A DNA stretch of 64,000 bases from contig CAWVWT010000007.1 in the NCBI GenBank assembly GCA_963934015.1, positions 1,088 through 65,087 of the forward strand, written 5' to 3'. The notes below the pieces were generated by a model. The model did not search any database. It saw only the letters and a list, made by a program, of their open reading frames with translations, and was not told the DNA's origin. Position numbers and translations under genes: made by a program. Origin of the DNA: an uncultured Candidatus Poseidoniales archaeon. GTDB taxonomy: Archaea; Thermoplasmatota; Poseidoniia; Poseidoniales; Thalassarchaeaceae. Shown piece after piece: positions 52,901 through 62,117 of the stretch. Position 1 is the stretch's first letter; each line of letters begins with the position of its first letter.

Positions 52901-55588
52901 TCATTGGGTGGTTTGTTTGGTTAGTAGTAAACTAAACGCATCAGAATAGTCCTTGAAAATAGATATGAATACAGATAAAAACAGATTGAATCTATTTCCA
53001 GAAGTTGCAATAAATGCCCCATTCAATATGACCACGAATACACTGAGTTCATGAACCGCAACTGCAATCGACAAACTTTCCAAACCAACCATCACCAATC
53101 CAATTAGGAATGCAGTAATAAGAACTGAAATCAAAATGTTGAATTGAACAATTGCCCTAGTACGTTTTGCTATCCGAATCAGGGATGTTATGGCGCGTGG
53201 ATCTTCACCTGGTATGAGAACATCAGCAGCATCTAGATTGACCTGTTCGCCACTACCAACTGCAATACCGAGATCTGCGACCGCCAATGCAGCCGCATCA
53301 TTGAATCCATCCCCTGCCATCATAGTATGCCGGTCCTGACTTCGAAGTTCGACCCAATTTGCTTTTCCCTCTGGGTCAATTTCACCTCGACAATACTGTG
53401 GAGGTATTCCAACTTCCTTCCCCAGTGCTTCAACCGCTGCCTGTGCATCGCCTGACAAGAGTTCTACAGCCACACCCATAGACTGGAGGTCATGAATCAT
53501 TTCAGCAGCCCCAGGTCGTAAATCATCATGAATGAATGTGAAGGCAGCAATTGCTTTACCTTCTTTGGCTAGCAAAGAAAGGCCGTGGTCAGGGTTCAGA
53601 CCTATGAGTAAATCCTCGTCTACCTCGACTCCTTCCCGAATCAACCAATCCTTACGGCCAAACATCACTTTCTTGCCATCATGTGTACCTTCTACGCCCG
53701 CATCCCCATCTGTGAGTGACTTAACTTCTTCAGACCCCAGCGGTTCAGCTTCCCGTAGTATGACAGCAGCATACGGATGGTTAGAGCGCTGTTCAAGTCC
53801 AGCAGCTAGTGTGATAACAAAATCACGTTTTTGCCCATTTAGAACACGAATCTCATCTAAACGTGGGTGGCCACTTGTCAATGTACCAGTCTTATCCAAT
53901 AAAGCAAGGTCAATTCTGGCAGCAGCCTCCAATGCATCCCCCCCTCTAGCAACAACTCCTGAAAGAGATGCGGTTGAGAGTGCTGCAGCATGTGGAACTG
54001 GGGCGGCGAGTAAAAGAGCGCAAGGACAAGCAACTACCCACAGCATTAGTGTCGTTTGTAAATCACCCATCATCAAGCCAATGAGGGGGGCACCAACGAG
54101 TACGAGTGGCACCCACCATTGCGAGAATGTCTCCAATGTTGCTTGTATGCGAGGAGGGCGATCTCTGAAAGTTCGAACTTCGTCGATTAGACCTGACAAA
54201 CGAGTGGATGTGCCTACTGCTGTTGCTTCAACAACAATTGGACCACGATCAAGGACCAGTCCCGCATGTACATCATCACCTTCTGCAATTCGAATTGGAA
54301 TGCTTTCTCCAGTGAGTGGGGCACGGTTCAATGAACCGATACCCTCGATCACAATTCCATCAACAGGGACGATTTCTCCACTTCGAATCTCAATTTTATC
54401 ACCCATCTCAAGGAGTTCAATAGAGACCATTTCGTCATCTTCATCAGCACACTCTGCAACCGATTGTGGTGTTAGAATTGACGGGGTTGAGGTCATCACA
54501 GTTATACTGGTAATTTTCTGCATCTGCGAATTGGCCCTTCTGGCCCTTCGGGGCAGACGATCAAGGCCACCTTGCATCGCCTGTCGCGCTTTCATCAACG
54601 CTGATTCCTCCATGTGTGCAGCAATAGCGACAAGAATTGAAACAATTAGGGCCTCGGACCATTCTCCCTGGAAAAAAGCACCAATTACTGCAAGAGAGGT
54701 GAGCAATTGAAACCCGAACTCCTTGTTCTTGAGACCTCCCCACGCATCGAGAAACATACGCCAACCGGAAAGAGCTATGCCAATTAATGTCAACAACTTG
54801 AGCAGGTTATCGTTGAGGTTAGGCATTGCCAGAATCATTAGCAATATCGCAATCGCTGGAACACTAGATACCAGACGCCATTGACCTGAGTCTAATCTGC
54901 GGTTTTGAACCTCCTTCAGCGATACTTTAGAACCAATGAGGCGTTCTAACCCATTTTCTAATTCGATTGCGATTTCTCTTTCAATATCAGGGACTATTTG
55001 CAACTCAACATATGCATCTTCAAATCGAATGTCAAGAACCGCTGGGACTTGCGTTAACAACTGTCTGAGTTCAGTCCGGCTCACGTTGTTCTTCTCTGCA
55101 AGATTCGTTGCTGTGATACCTTGGATTCGTTGCCAAGACAAATCGGGTTCATGACCAAGACTGCTGAGAAGTGAAGATACTCTAGATGTATGGCCTGTTC
55201 CAAGATCAATCGTAATTGCAGCAGTCCCCATGGTGGCTGATATGCTGACTTTTCGAATACCTGGCAACCGTTGTGTTGCACGTTTTGCCTTGGCTGCACA
55301 GTCTGGACAATCCATGCCTTTAATTGGCCATTCGAAAGTATGTACACCATCAATTTCTAATGACATATCTTCAACCTCTGGAGGCATTGTCACTTCGACA
55401 TCATCCATACGTGGCTTGAGTCTATCCTTGACGGCGTCAACTTGACTCGAAATCCCCTTGGTCAACCGCGAAAATCGGCCACTGAGAGCAACCTTCTGCG
55501 ATTCAGGTAAGGCTTCAGGAATAGAATCGGTAGGGGTGGGGAGGTCGTACTCATCCTCTACGAGAATGAAATCTTCGGACTCGTCCAT
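52901..55588 (-). CDS. heavy-metal translocating P1B-type ATPase (Zn/Cd/Pb-like)
   Basis: The HMA domain carries GMDCPDCAAK (similar to ZntA GMDCAAC). TGES, the TM CPC motif (VACPCALLLA), DKTGTLT, GDGFNDAAAL and HELSVFVVILN are present. It carries a ~75-aa acidic N-terminal extension. Confidence 0.9.
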   Translation of the reverse strand: MDESEDFILVEDEYDLPTPTDSIPEALPESQKVALSGRFSRLTKGISSQVDAVKDRLKPRMDDVEVTMPPEVEDMSLEIDGVHTFEWPIKGMDCPDCAAKAKRATQRLPGIRKVSISATMGTAAITIDLGTGHTSRVSSLLSSLGHEPDLSWQRIQGITATNLAEKNNVSRTELRQLLTQVPAVLDIRFEDAYVELQIVPDIEREIAIELENGLERLIGSKVSLKEVQNRRLDSGQWRLVSSVPAIAILLMILAMPNLNDNLLKLLTLIGIALSGWRMFLDAWGGLKNKEFGFQLLTSLAVIGAFFQGEWSEALIVSILVAIAAHMEESALMKARQAMQGGLDRLPRRARRANSQMQKITSITVMTSTPSILTPQSVAECADEDDEMVSIELLEMGDKIEIRSGEIVPVDGIVIEGIGSLNRAPLTGESIPIRIAEGDDVHAGLVLDRGPIVVEATAVGTSTRLSGLIDEVRTFRDRPPRIQATLETFSQWWVPLVLVGAPLIGLMMGDLQTTLMLWVVACPCALLLAAPVPHAAALSTASLSGVVARGGDALEAAARIDLALLDKTGTLTSGHPRLDEIRVLNGQKRDFVITLAAGLEQRSNHPYAAVILREAEPLGSEEVKSLTDGDAGVEGTHDGKKVMFGRKDWLIREGVEVDEDLLIGLNPDHGLSLLAKEGKAIAAFTFIHDDLRPGAAEMIHDLQSMGVAVELLSGDAQAAVEALGKEVGIPPQYCRGEIDPEGKANWVELRSQDRHTMMAGDGFNDAAALAVADLGIAVGSGEQVNLDAADVLIPGEDPRAITSLIRIAKRTRAIVQFNILISVLITAFLIGLVMVGLESLSIAVAVHELSVFVVILNGAFIATSGNRFNLFLSVFISIFKDYSDAFSLLLTKQTTQ

Positions 55589-55649
55589 GGAACTGCGAAA
55601 GGTGGGGGGGGTTTGAACCTCGCTATTGTGAAATACCGAATTTGCAGAG

Positions 55650-55688
55650 AATTGAATTTTTCAATTGAAAAAACGATTTTTCAATTGG
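55650..55688. terminator. TTCAATTGAA-family cluster downstream of tRNA-Leu / upstream of the ATPase gene
   Basis: AATTGAA-TTT-TTCAATTGAAAAAA-CGA-TTTTTCAATTGG carries the perfect 10-mer at 55660-55669. On the minus transcript the tRNA is followed by CAAUUGAAAAAUCGUUUUUUC (oligo-U). Confidence 0.5.
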
Positions 55689-55770
55689 TGCAGGGGGCAG
55701 GATTCGAACCTGCGAAGCGCTTGACAGCGGATCTTGAGTCCGCCCCCTTTGACCACTCGGGAACCCCTGC
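55686..55770 (-). tRNA. tRNA-Leu (anticodon CAA), long variable arm, CCA apparently encoded
   Basis: The reverse complement folds by hand. The acceptor stem is GCAGGGG/CCCCTGC. The anticodon stem is GCGGA/TCCGC with loop CTCAAGA. The variable region is 13 nt and the T arm is GCAGG-TTCGAAT-CCTGC, followed by A-CCA. The variable-arm pairing is weak. Confidence 0.85.
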
Positions 55771-55798
55771 GGGGAACCGGCGACCAATTTCGTGATGT

Positions 55799-58700
55799 TC
55801 ATTCTTCCTCTTCATCTACATCCCCCAAACCAAGTGGTATTGGTGGTGGATTTTCGTCAGGAAATTCGTTGGGTGGGGCTGGCCAATCATCCTCGTCCTC
55901 ATCCCAACCACCATCGGCATCGTCTTCTTCATCCCGAAGCCAAAGTAGAGCCATCCCAAAGCCCAGTGTGGTGCAGACAAGTATGAGTAAACTGACGACA
56001 AGGGGGCCGTCTCCGAATACACGCTCAAACCAACCAAGTCCAGCACCTTCTTCACGGATCGGTGGTATGTCAATTGGTAAACGTGAAGTCTCATCACCAT
56101 TGAGGACGATGTAAACTTGAAGGTCCCCTTCCCGCCAAGCTTCAAATTGAAAGCTAACTAGGGTGGCTTGTCGTGGATCAAGGGTTACATTTTGACTGCT
56201 TAAATCGATAATCTGAATCCCCATATTTGATCTTGATTCCCAAGCCCAAAGCCCAACTGTGAGATCCCCATCTAAATTTCCAGTATTGCTGATTCTAACA
56301 TCAACACGAATATTTTGGCCTACTTCTGGGGCTGGTGGATAAACCCAGATTGAAAGTAAATCAGGGGAGAAATGCATCACCTCTAAGGCTGGAATCCTTG
56401 GTGTATCTTGAGTACCGGGCCCATCCAGTGGATTTCCTGCCAAATCCTGACCCTCCACCCAAACCAGTAGTAAATCACCTGGTGCTAATACTGTAATTGG
56501 GGTGAAATCAACATAAGTAGAGTAAACCCATGATGCGTCTGAATGAACACCTAGTCCCAAATTAACCTGGTTCTCAGAACCCGCGATATCAATGCCATCT
56601 CGACGATAATTCCAATGTAGTTCTAGAGTTTGATTACCCATGCCACCTTGATCCTCAACGGTGAATGCAACCAATTGATTATCGAGATAATCGGAGCGGA
56701 GTTGAATAAGGCTTGTCGATTGGAATTCAATTCTTGGAGCCACATTATCAATGGCAACTTCGAAAACCATGTTAGGTAAGCTTGAATTTAAATCGCTTTT
56801 ATTGGCTAGACCGAATTGAATCTGGTGTATTGGACCGCCCCAATTCCCCAAATCGAAATTTATCGTTGCAGTAAAACTTGAACCATCTGAAACATGTTGC
56901 GATGTATAGGGAGATACCCCTCCTTCAATTGTCACTTCAATCTCTGAAGAGGTTGGCAATTCAATTGCAAGTGGTGTGCTGACTTCTCGATGTATGACAG
57001 AAGCTCGTAATGACATTGTATCACCGGGTTGTAAATTGAGTCTATTTTCATATGCTGGCATTGAAGGAGCCGTCAAATCGAGTACTTCGTCAACACGCCA
57101 CATCAATCGATTGTCCAATGCCCATGCAAGATGTTCGAGGTTCGTCGCACCGCTTGAGACCAATTCACCATCCTCAATCATTCTGAGGGATGGAATCCAC
57201 GAACCCTCCTGCCAAGTCTCGGGTGCATGGAAATCAATCGCGAAGGATATGTCAACACGATATGCTTCGTCACCAAGAGATTCTGTAATGATATTCAATG
57301 GGACGATTGAGCTGTATTCGGGTGCAGTCAATTGTTCTTGTAGCGGATTGTATTGAATAATGCCTTTTCCATCTCCAGCAATATCTAATTCAATAAGATC
57401 TATGGAATTAAGTCCATTTCCATCTTGGAAAGTGAATGAAAAAGTGTGCTCAACACCCTGTAATAGTGACATATCCTCATGGCGGTTTAATGTGATGGAT
57501 GGTAGAGAAACTTGCGTTGGTTCTTGTGTTTGAATGGTCATCGTCGCCATATCAGTATCAAATCCGGGACCTCCTGAATCAGAAAATGTGTAGCCTGCAA
57601 AATCTCCACCTGCGATGAAGCATGATATTCGATCACCATCATCCATCCCTGCAAGATTCACTGCTGGGAAGTCGACGTGGATTGTACCACTGGGTACTCC
57701 ACCAAGGAACTGCATCGATTCGCCATATTCACTCTCATCGGGGATACCATCTTGGTCAACATCATCATAGGTTTCAAACCAGCACCTCAAGTTAAGGAAG
57801 GATTCTAGTAATTCATCATCATGTACCTCTATCCAGAAGGGGATGGTTCTATCTGGTGACAAAATGTTACCATCAGCCAATTGACCGCCCTCAGGGGTGT
57901 AAATCATCAATGGACCAAGCGTTGGTGCCGTTGAATCAATTTGAACTTCAACAGATAATGTTCCACCTGATGCATCCTCTGCACCTAGAGTCGGAGTACC
58001 GGCTGGGCCAATTTGCAATATCCAAGGTGATATGGTGACATTACCAGGTTCATCTGGCAAAACAATGCTGGCGGTAAAACTACCCTCTGTTCCACTTACC
58101 CCAATTGATTGCGATGTTCCATTAACACTCTCGAGTTCCAAAGCGATTCGGTAGGCATCGGATGAAGGGTGCTGATTTGCTTGACCTTCGAATCGTAATA
58201 TTCCTGTAACAGTGATGGTTGAGGTGGCTTTCGCATGAAGGGGATATCTCGCATCCCATGTATTCGACAGAAGTCTGGATTGGTCATCTCGAACTTCCCA
58301 TGATATAACTTCGAGATCGTTCTCCATTGCTTGGTGATTTGAACCACCAATCATTGCATGTCCAGGACCTAGAGTAAATCCGTCTGATTCGATGGCTTCA
58401 GCCAAAACTCGTATCCAGTCTTGGTCATCAAAGGTCCATTTAGTCTGGAATTCCCATTCAATCTGATACGTGTCTGAACCAATATCTGTAACATTGATGG
58501 ATATTAAAGAAATTTGTTCTAAACCAAACAACTGTGTGGCAATGGGTTGACTAGAGAGGTTGCTGATATGGGCTTCAATATCAAGGCCCCCACTTGTTTG
58601 CATACGCAATATGGCTACATCCAATAATCCACGGTTAAAGAGGTGCGAGTGATGCGTGATGATGGTCACATTTTGGGCCGGGATCATTGTCCCATCCGGC

Positions 58701-61700
58701 ACAGATACCACTTCATTCACAATTCGTTGTGCATGCGATATGGAACCCGTTAGAGCAACACCACCTTGATCTGCTTCAAGGACGGTTTGTATCTGTAAAT
58801 TACCTGATACAATTGTTGCAGGCCCTGTTCCATAAATAGCTTCAGATTGTATGTCCCTGAGGGCAGGCCCTAATCCTGTAATCGATGTGGTTGATTCCCA
58901 TGAAATCGCAAGAGGACTAAACGAAGAACATGGGCCACAAGATAGATTCTGAATGGTAGTCCAAGGATATTCTAGAATCCGAAGGTCTCCAGATTCCATC
59001 GAATCATGGATACCATTCGCCCACGTCCAGGTGATGTGATCATCTGCATAGAGAGTCATTCCTTGGTCAATTATAGTCCCAGGGGGGACCCATTGTGGCT
59101 GAGCAGAATTGTTCTGATAGTGGCTCCCATCGTTCCAGCCAAAAGATCCATCTGAGTCGAAATCCCAAGTCCAATCGATGATGCCATCTCCACCTACATC
59201 AAGAGAACCGTTGTTCATCGGAGCTCCAAGGTGCCCAGTAAACGAGGTATAGCGAACCCAGCCACCCGGTTGAAGGTCGATTGTAGGTCGGATGTTTACT
59301 GCCATATGGGGTAAAACGATGCTTTGATTCGTCAACATTCCACTGAAAAGGAGGGAGCCCTGACCATCCCATAGCTGATACAACGCACCAGCGGCTTCTG
59401 CGATAATGCTGACTTCCTCTATCGGTGCGCCTCCATAGACTGCAGATCCTGAGATTCGGACAGTATTGAGTGTTGGGTTTGTTATGTTGCCATCGATATT
59501 GCCTTGCACTAATGAATAAGGAATATCCCACCCATTGGTTCCATCTGCGGTATTCAATATACGAACCGCACCAGAATGCAATCCAACGATTCGAGGTGTC
59601 AGCTGATGGTCGGTGGTGCCAAATTCAACACGAACCCGATATGAATCACCCCATGGGAGCAATGGGAAGGTGAGATTTTCTGAACTGTATGTATCCACTA
59701 ATAGCGCACCATTCACATCGACCAACGATGCTTTCACCCACGATCCATCCGGAACGTTGGCATCGATATCGATTGTTGGAGCGAACCTGTGCGAATTGTG
59801 AGAAATTAAGCCACTGGTCCATGATCCCGTGGACTCAAACCAATCAACAATTACACCGACGTTATCGATATACCAACCATCTAACTCGATGAAAGAATCT
59901 GAGAAGAAAGAGAAACGTAGCATGACATCTTGTCCTCCGAAATTTGAAAGATCACCTTCGACATGAGTGAACGATTTGTTTATGGCGCAACCACCCCCTT
60001 TCTGATTGGAACCATCCCACAGCCATTGCTGATAGAGGGGGGATTGGGGATTGTTCCAATGCTGCACGTCGTAAAACAGAGGGATGTCTTGGCCGTAAAT
60101 TTGCCACGATGTTCCATTGTCGACACTAGTGTACAGTGCCCCACCATCCCACCCTGGTTCAGCGCAAATGAAGTGATCGAAAGCAACCCTTGCACTGGCA
60201 CCGAGAGGAATGTGATAGGATGGACTGATGAGATGCGACCACGAACTGGCCGCATGTCGATTGTCAAGGCCCATGGCAACACCAGTTTGTCCACTGGGCC
60301 ATAATGCCGGGCCCCAGCCGGTGGCATTGGATAAAGCACCAAACGCCCAAGCCTGTCCATATGGAGTATGCACGGCCCAACCATCTGCAATCGAAGGTGC
60401 GCCTTCAAATGACCACGTGGTTTCAGTGGGGCCGTTATTTCCCCAATTACTCAAATATTGCCATTGGTCATAGGTCCCACCTGGCAATCGACCATGCCAA
60501 TATCCTCCATTTGTAGTGAAGTTTTCAGACCACATCACATCAGTCGTACCACTTTGTGTGCGAGTGATACTAATATCATCGATAAAGACACCTTCTGGTG
60601 GATCGATTGCCCCCCCATATCCAGAGGATGGCATTTGATCGGTTTCGACGATGACTCGAAGCATCAAACTACCATTACTTGGAACAGTAAATGATGAGGG
60701 GAATGGGTGAGAAACTTCGACCCACCCGCGCGAATCCTCCATAATCGTCTGTCCTGCAATCGTCAATCCGTTGGGGCCAGGTATACCTCCTACTGGAGAC
60801 ATACGATGCCAAGAGATGTTGTCACTGGAAACCCGAATCTCAAATTTATCCCACGAACCACCTTCCAAATCAAAATCAGTCCAGTATCGGACCATCCATG
60901 CGCCAGATGTACCTGAACTGGTGTTCAACTGAATTGGAATCGTCAAGTGTGCGTGAGCATCGGCTGCATATTCTCCAATCAATGAGCCATGGAACCACGA
61001 ACCAGGCGTTTCACCATTATTGGATATGGTGACTTCATCGACATACCAACCTGGACGGTCGACGGAACCGGTCGGATCAGTCCAAATGACGAAACGATGT
61101 TGCATCCCTATTGTACTAGAATTGTGGAGGTGTGTGATATCAAACGTTGAATTGGTCCAACCGCTTGCATCAGGGCCACCAAATACACCAAATCCGGCTC
61201 CAAATGCCCCATTAGGCACTGGTGCAGATGAAGATATATTCCAATTGTATCCGCCGATGGGTTCGACATAGTTCCAAGTCAAACCCCCATCAATACTGAC
61301 TTCAACCCATGCGCCGGATGAACCAGTGCTCGAATTAGTGTGATGTAAATGGTACCAATGATTGAATGAAAATTTCCAATGATTAGCTAGACTGGGGGCT
61401 GGGCTGGAAGGGGATGTGAGCCAAGCATGGGTTCCAGCAGGCAATGAAGTTTCAGGTAGAGTAGCCGCAATCAATGCCCCATCGGTAGCAAGAGATGGGA
61501 TGAGGCCCCCTGCTGCCTGCCGTGCAGTGTAATTCATCGCAAAGGCGCCATTGAATTGTGATGGTTCGGCCATCCGCCATACATCGGCAACCCCCCCAGT
61601 AGAATATTGTTGAAATTGGAGTGATAGTGATTCTAAATCATCAAGGCGGCCAACTGTGTGGTTGACGCCGAGTGTCAATTCATGATCAAATACAGATATG

Positions 61701-61984
61701 GAGGCATCTTCGAAATCACCATGGCTGAAATTGAGAGATGGGTGGTCCGCAATCCAATGCATTCCAGTTCCACCGTCTCCATTGGCACCTGTCGATACAT
61801 TTACCCAACCATCGAGAATGGTTGAGTTGACAGGGATATCGAACGAATCTTCGGAAAGATTCGACAAGGTTCCATCACCATTCGATAGAAGAATAATCTC
61901 TGGATCACCAATGTAAGGGCTTTCAATCGCTTGTGCAAGAGGCGCGAAAAGCATCAGCATAACCAGTAGAGTGGCGGTTCGCAT
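55799..61984 (-). CDS. giant cell-surface protein (2061 aa), signal peptide + C-terminal TM anchor + acidic tail
   Basis: The signal peptide is MRTATLLVMLMLFAPLAQA. The body is a very long beta-type, sequon-rich sequence. Recurring module ends are GWYVDEVTI, GVFIDDISI and GWYIDNVGV. A CARDB-like module (VGQNIRVDVRISNTGNLDGDL...) precedes the TM (LVVSLLILVCTTLGFGMALLWL). The 45-aa tail ends ...GGWDEDEDDW...DVDEEEE. Confidence 0.85.
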   Translation of the reverse strand: MRTATLLVMLMLFAPLAQAIESPYIGDPEIILLSNGDGTLSNLSEDSFDIPVNSTILDGWVNVSTGANGDGGTGMHWIADHPSLNFSHGDFEDASISVFDHELTLGVNHTVGRLDDLESLSLQFQQYSTGGVADVWRMAEPSQFNGAFAMNYTARQAAGGLIPSLATDGALIAATLPETSLPAGTHAWLTSPSSPAPSLANHWKFSFNHWYHLHHTNSSTGSSGAWVEVSIDGGLTWNYVEPIGGYNWNISSSAPVPNGAFGAGFGVFGGPDASGWTNSTFDITHLHNSSTIGMQHRFVIWTDPTGSVDRPGWYVDEVTISNNGETPGSWFHGSLIGEYAADAHAHLTIPIQLNTSSGTSGAWMVRYWTDFDLEGGSWDKFEIRVSSDNISWHRMSPVGGIPGPNGLTIAGQTIMEDSRGWVEVSHPFPSSFTVPSNGSLMLRVIVETDQMPSSGYGGAIDPPEGVFIDDISITRTQSGTTDVMWSENFTTNGGYWHGRLPGGTYDQWQYLSNWGNNGPTETTWSFEGAPSIADGWAVHTPYGQAWAFGALSNATGWGPALWPSGQTGVAMGLDNRHAASSWSHLISPSYHIPLGASARVAFDHFICAEPGWDGGALYTSVDNGTSWQIYGQDIPLFYDVQHWNNPQSPLYQQWLWDGSNQKGGGCAINKSFTHVEGDLSNFGGQDVMLRFSFFSDSFIELDGWYIDNVGVIVDWFESTGSWTSGLISHNSHRFAPTIDIDANVPDGSWVKASLVDVNGALLVDTYSSENLTFPLLPWGDSYRVRVEFGTTDHQLTPRIVGLHSGAVRILNTADGTNGWDIPYSLVQGNIDGNITNPTLNTVRISGSAVYGGAPIEEVSIIAEAAGALYQLWDGQGSLLFSGMLTNQSIVLPHMAVNIRPTIDLQPGGWVRYTSFTGHLGAPMNNGSLDVGGDGIIDWTWDFDSDGSFGWNDGSHYQNNSAQPQWVPPGTIIDQGMTLYADDHITWTWANGIHDSMESGDLRILEYPWTTIQNLSCGPCSSFSPLAISWESTTSITGLGPALRDIQSEAIYGTGPATIVSGNLQIQTVLEADQGGVALTGSISHAQRIVNEVVSVPDGTMIPAQNVTIITHHSHLFNRGLLDVAILRMQTSGGLDIEAHISNLSSQPIATQLFGLEQISLISINVTDIGSDTYQIEWEFQTKWTFDDQDWIRVLAEAIESDGFTLGPGHAMIGGSNHQAMENDLEVISWEVRDDQSRLLSNTWDARYPLHAKATSTITVTGILRFEGQANQHPSSDAYRIALELESVNGTSQSIGVSGTEGSFTASIVLPDEPGNVTISPWILQIGPAGTPTLGAEDASGGTLSVEVQIDSTAPTLGPLMIYTPEGGQLADGNILSPDRTIPFWIEVHDDELLESFLNLRCWFETYDDVDQDGIPDESEYGESMQFLGGVPSGTIHVDFPAVNLAGMDDGDRISCFIAGGDFAGYTFSDSGGPGFDTDMATMTIQTQEPTQVSLPSITLNRHEDMSLLQGVEHTFSFTFQDGNGLNSIDLIELDIAGDGKGIIQYNPLQEQLTAPEYSSIVPLNIITESLGDEAYRVDISFAIDFHAPETWQEGSWIPSLRMIEDGELVSSGATNLEHLAWALDNRLMWRVDEVLDLTAPSMPAYENRLNLQPGDTMSLRASVIHREVSTPLAIELPTSSEIEVTIEGGVSPYTSQHVSDGSSFTATINFDLGNWGGPIHQIQFGLANKSDLNSSLPNMVFEVAIDNVAPRIEFQSTSLIQLRSDYLDNQLVAFTVEDQGGMGNQTLELHWNYRRDGIDIAGSENQVNLGLGVHSDASWVYSTYVDFTPITVLAPGDLLLVWVEGQDLAGNPLDGPGTQDTPRIPALEVMHFSPDLLSIWVYPPAPEVGQNIRVDVRISNTGNLDGDLTVGLWAWESRSNMGIQIIDLSSQNVTLDPRQATLVSFQFEAWREGDLQVYIVLNGDETSRLPIDIPPIREEGAGLGWFERVFGDGPLVVSLLILVCTTLGFGMALLWLRDEEDDADGGWDEDEDDWPAPPNEFPDENPPPIPLGLGDVDEEEE

Positions 61985-62045
61985 GGTCTCACCTCAAACA
62001 ACCCACCTTCGGCCGTGGGTTTGAACACGACGGGTGTCTGATTAA

Positions 62046-62060
62046 GCGCCCTACGGGCGC
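62046..62060. repeat. perfect 15-nt GC palindrome GCGCCC-TAC-GGGCGC (CCGTAGG-core family, opposite orientation)
   Basis: Read directly from the sequence. It lies in the 133-nt divergent spacer between the giant surface protein gene and the GINS-like gene. Confidence 0.7.
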
Positions 62061-62117
62061 TCTGAAAGTGAATGGTTCATTTACCGGCACGGAGGAGAGA
62101 CAGTTCGCGGTGAGTGA

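Noticed and set aside
53532-54710. A 392-aa ORF on the plus strand, antisense to the P-type ATPase gene.
   Set aside because: Its translation is S/P/R/T-rich low-complexity sequence typical of the reverse frame of a real gene. The minus-strand frame carries every canonical P1B-ATPase motif (TGES, CPC, DKTGTLT, GDGxND) across the same interval.
19577-55688. The TTCAATTGAA copies as a CRISPR array or MITE.
   Set aside because: The copies are 10-12 nt, irregularly spaced and scattered over 36 kb. There are no spacer-repeat periodicity, no cas genes, no terminal inverted repeats around a defined insert and no target-site duplications.
55734-56114. A 126-aa Ser-rich plus-strand ORF spanning the tRNA-Leu and the end of the giant surface protein gene.
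   Set aside because: It overlaps a well-folding tRNA and the acidic tail and TM anchor of the 2061-aa ORF. Its poly-Ser composition is the antisense of GAA/GAT runs.
62000-62021. A stem-loop AACCCAC-CTTCGGCC-GTGGGTT containing a C(UUCG)G-type loop, upstream of the giant surface protein gene.
   Set aside because: This is a single instance. The UUCG reading exists only on the plus strand, where no gene starts for another ~100 nt. It cannot be distinguished from chance without conservation data.
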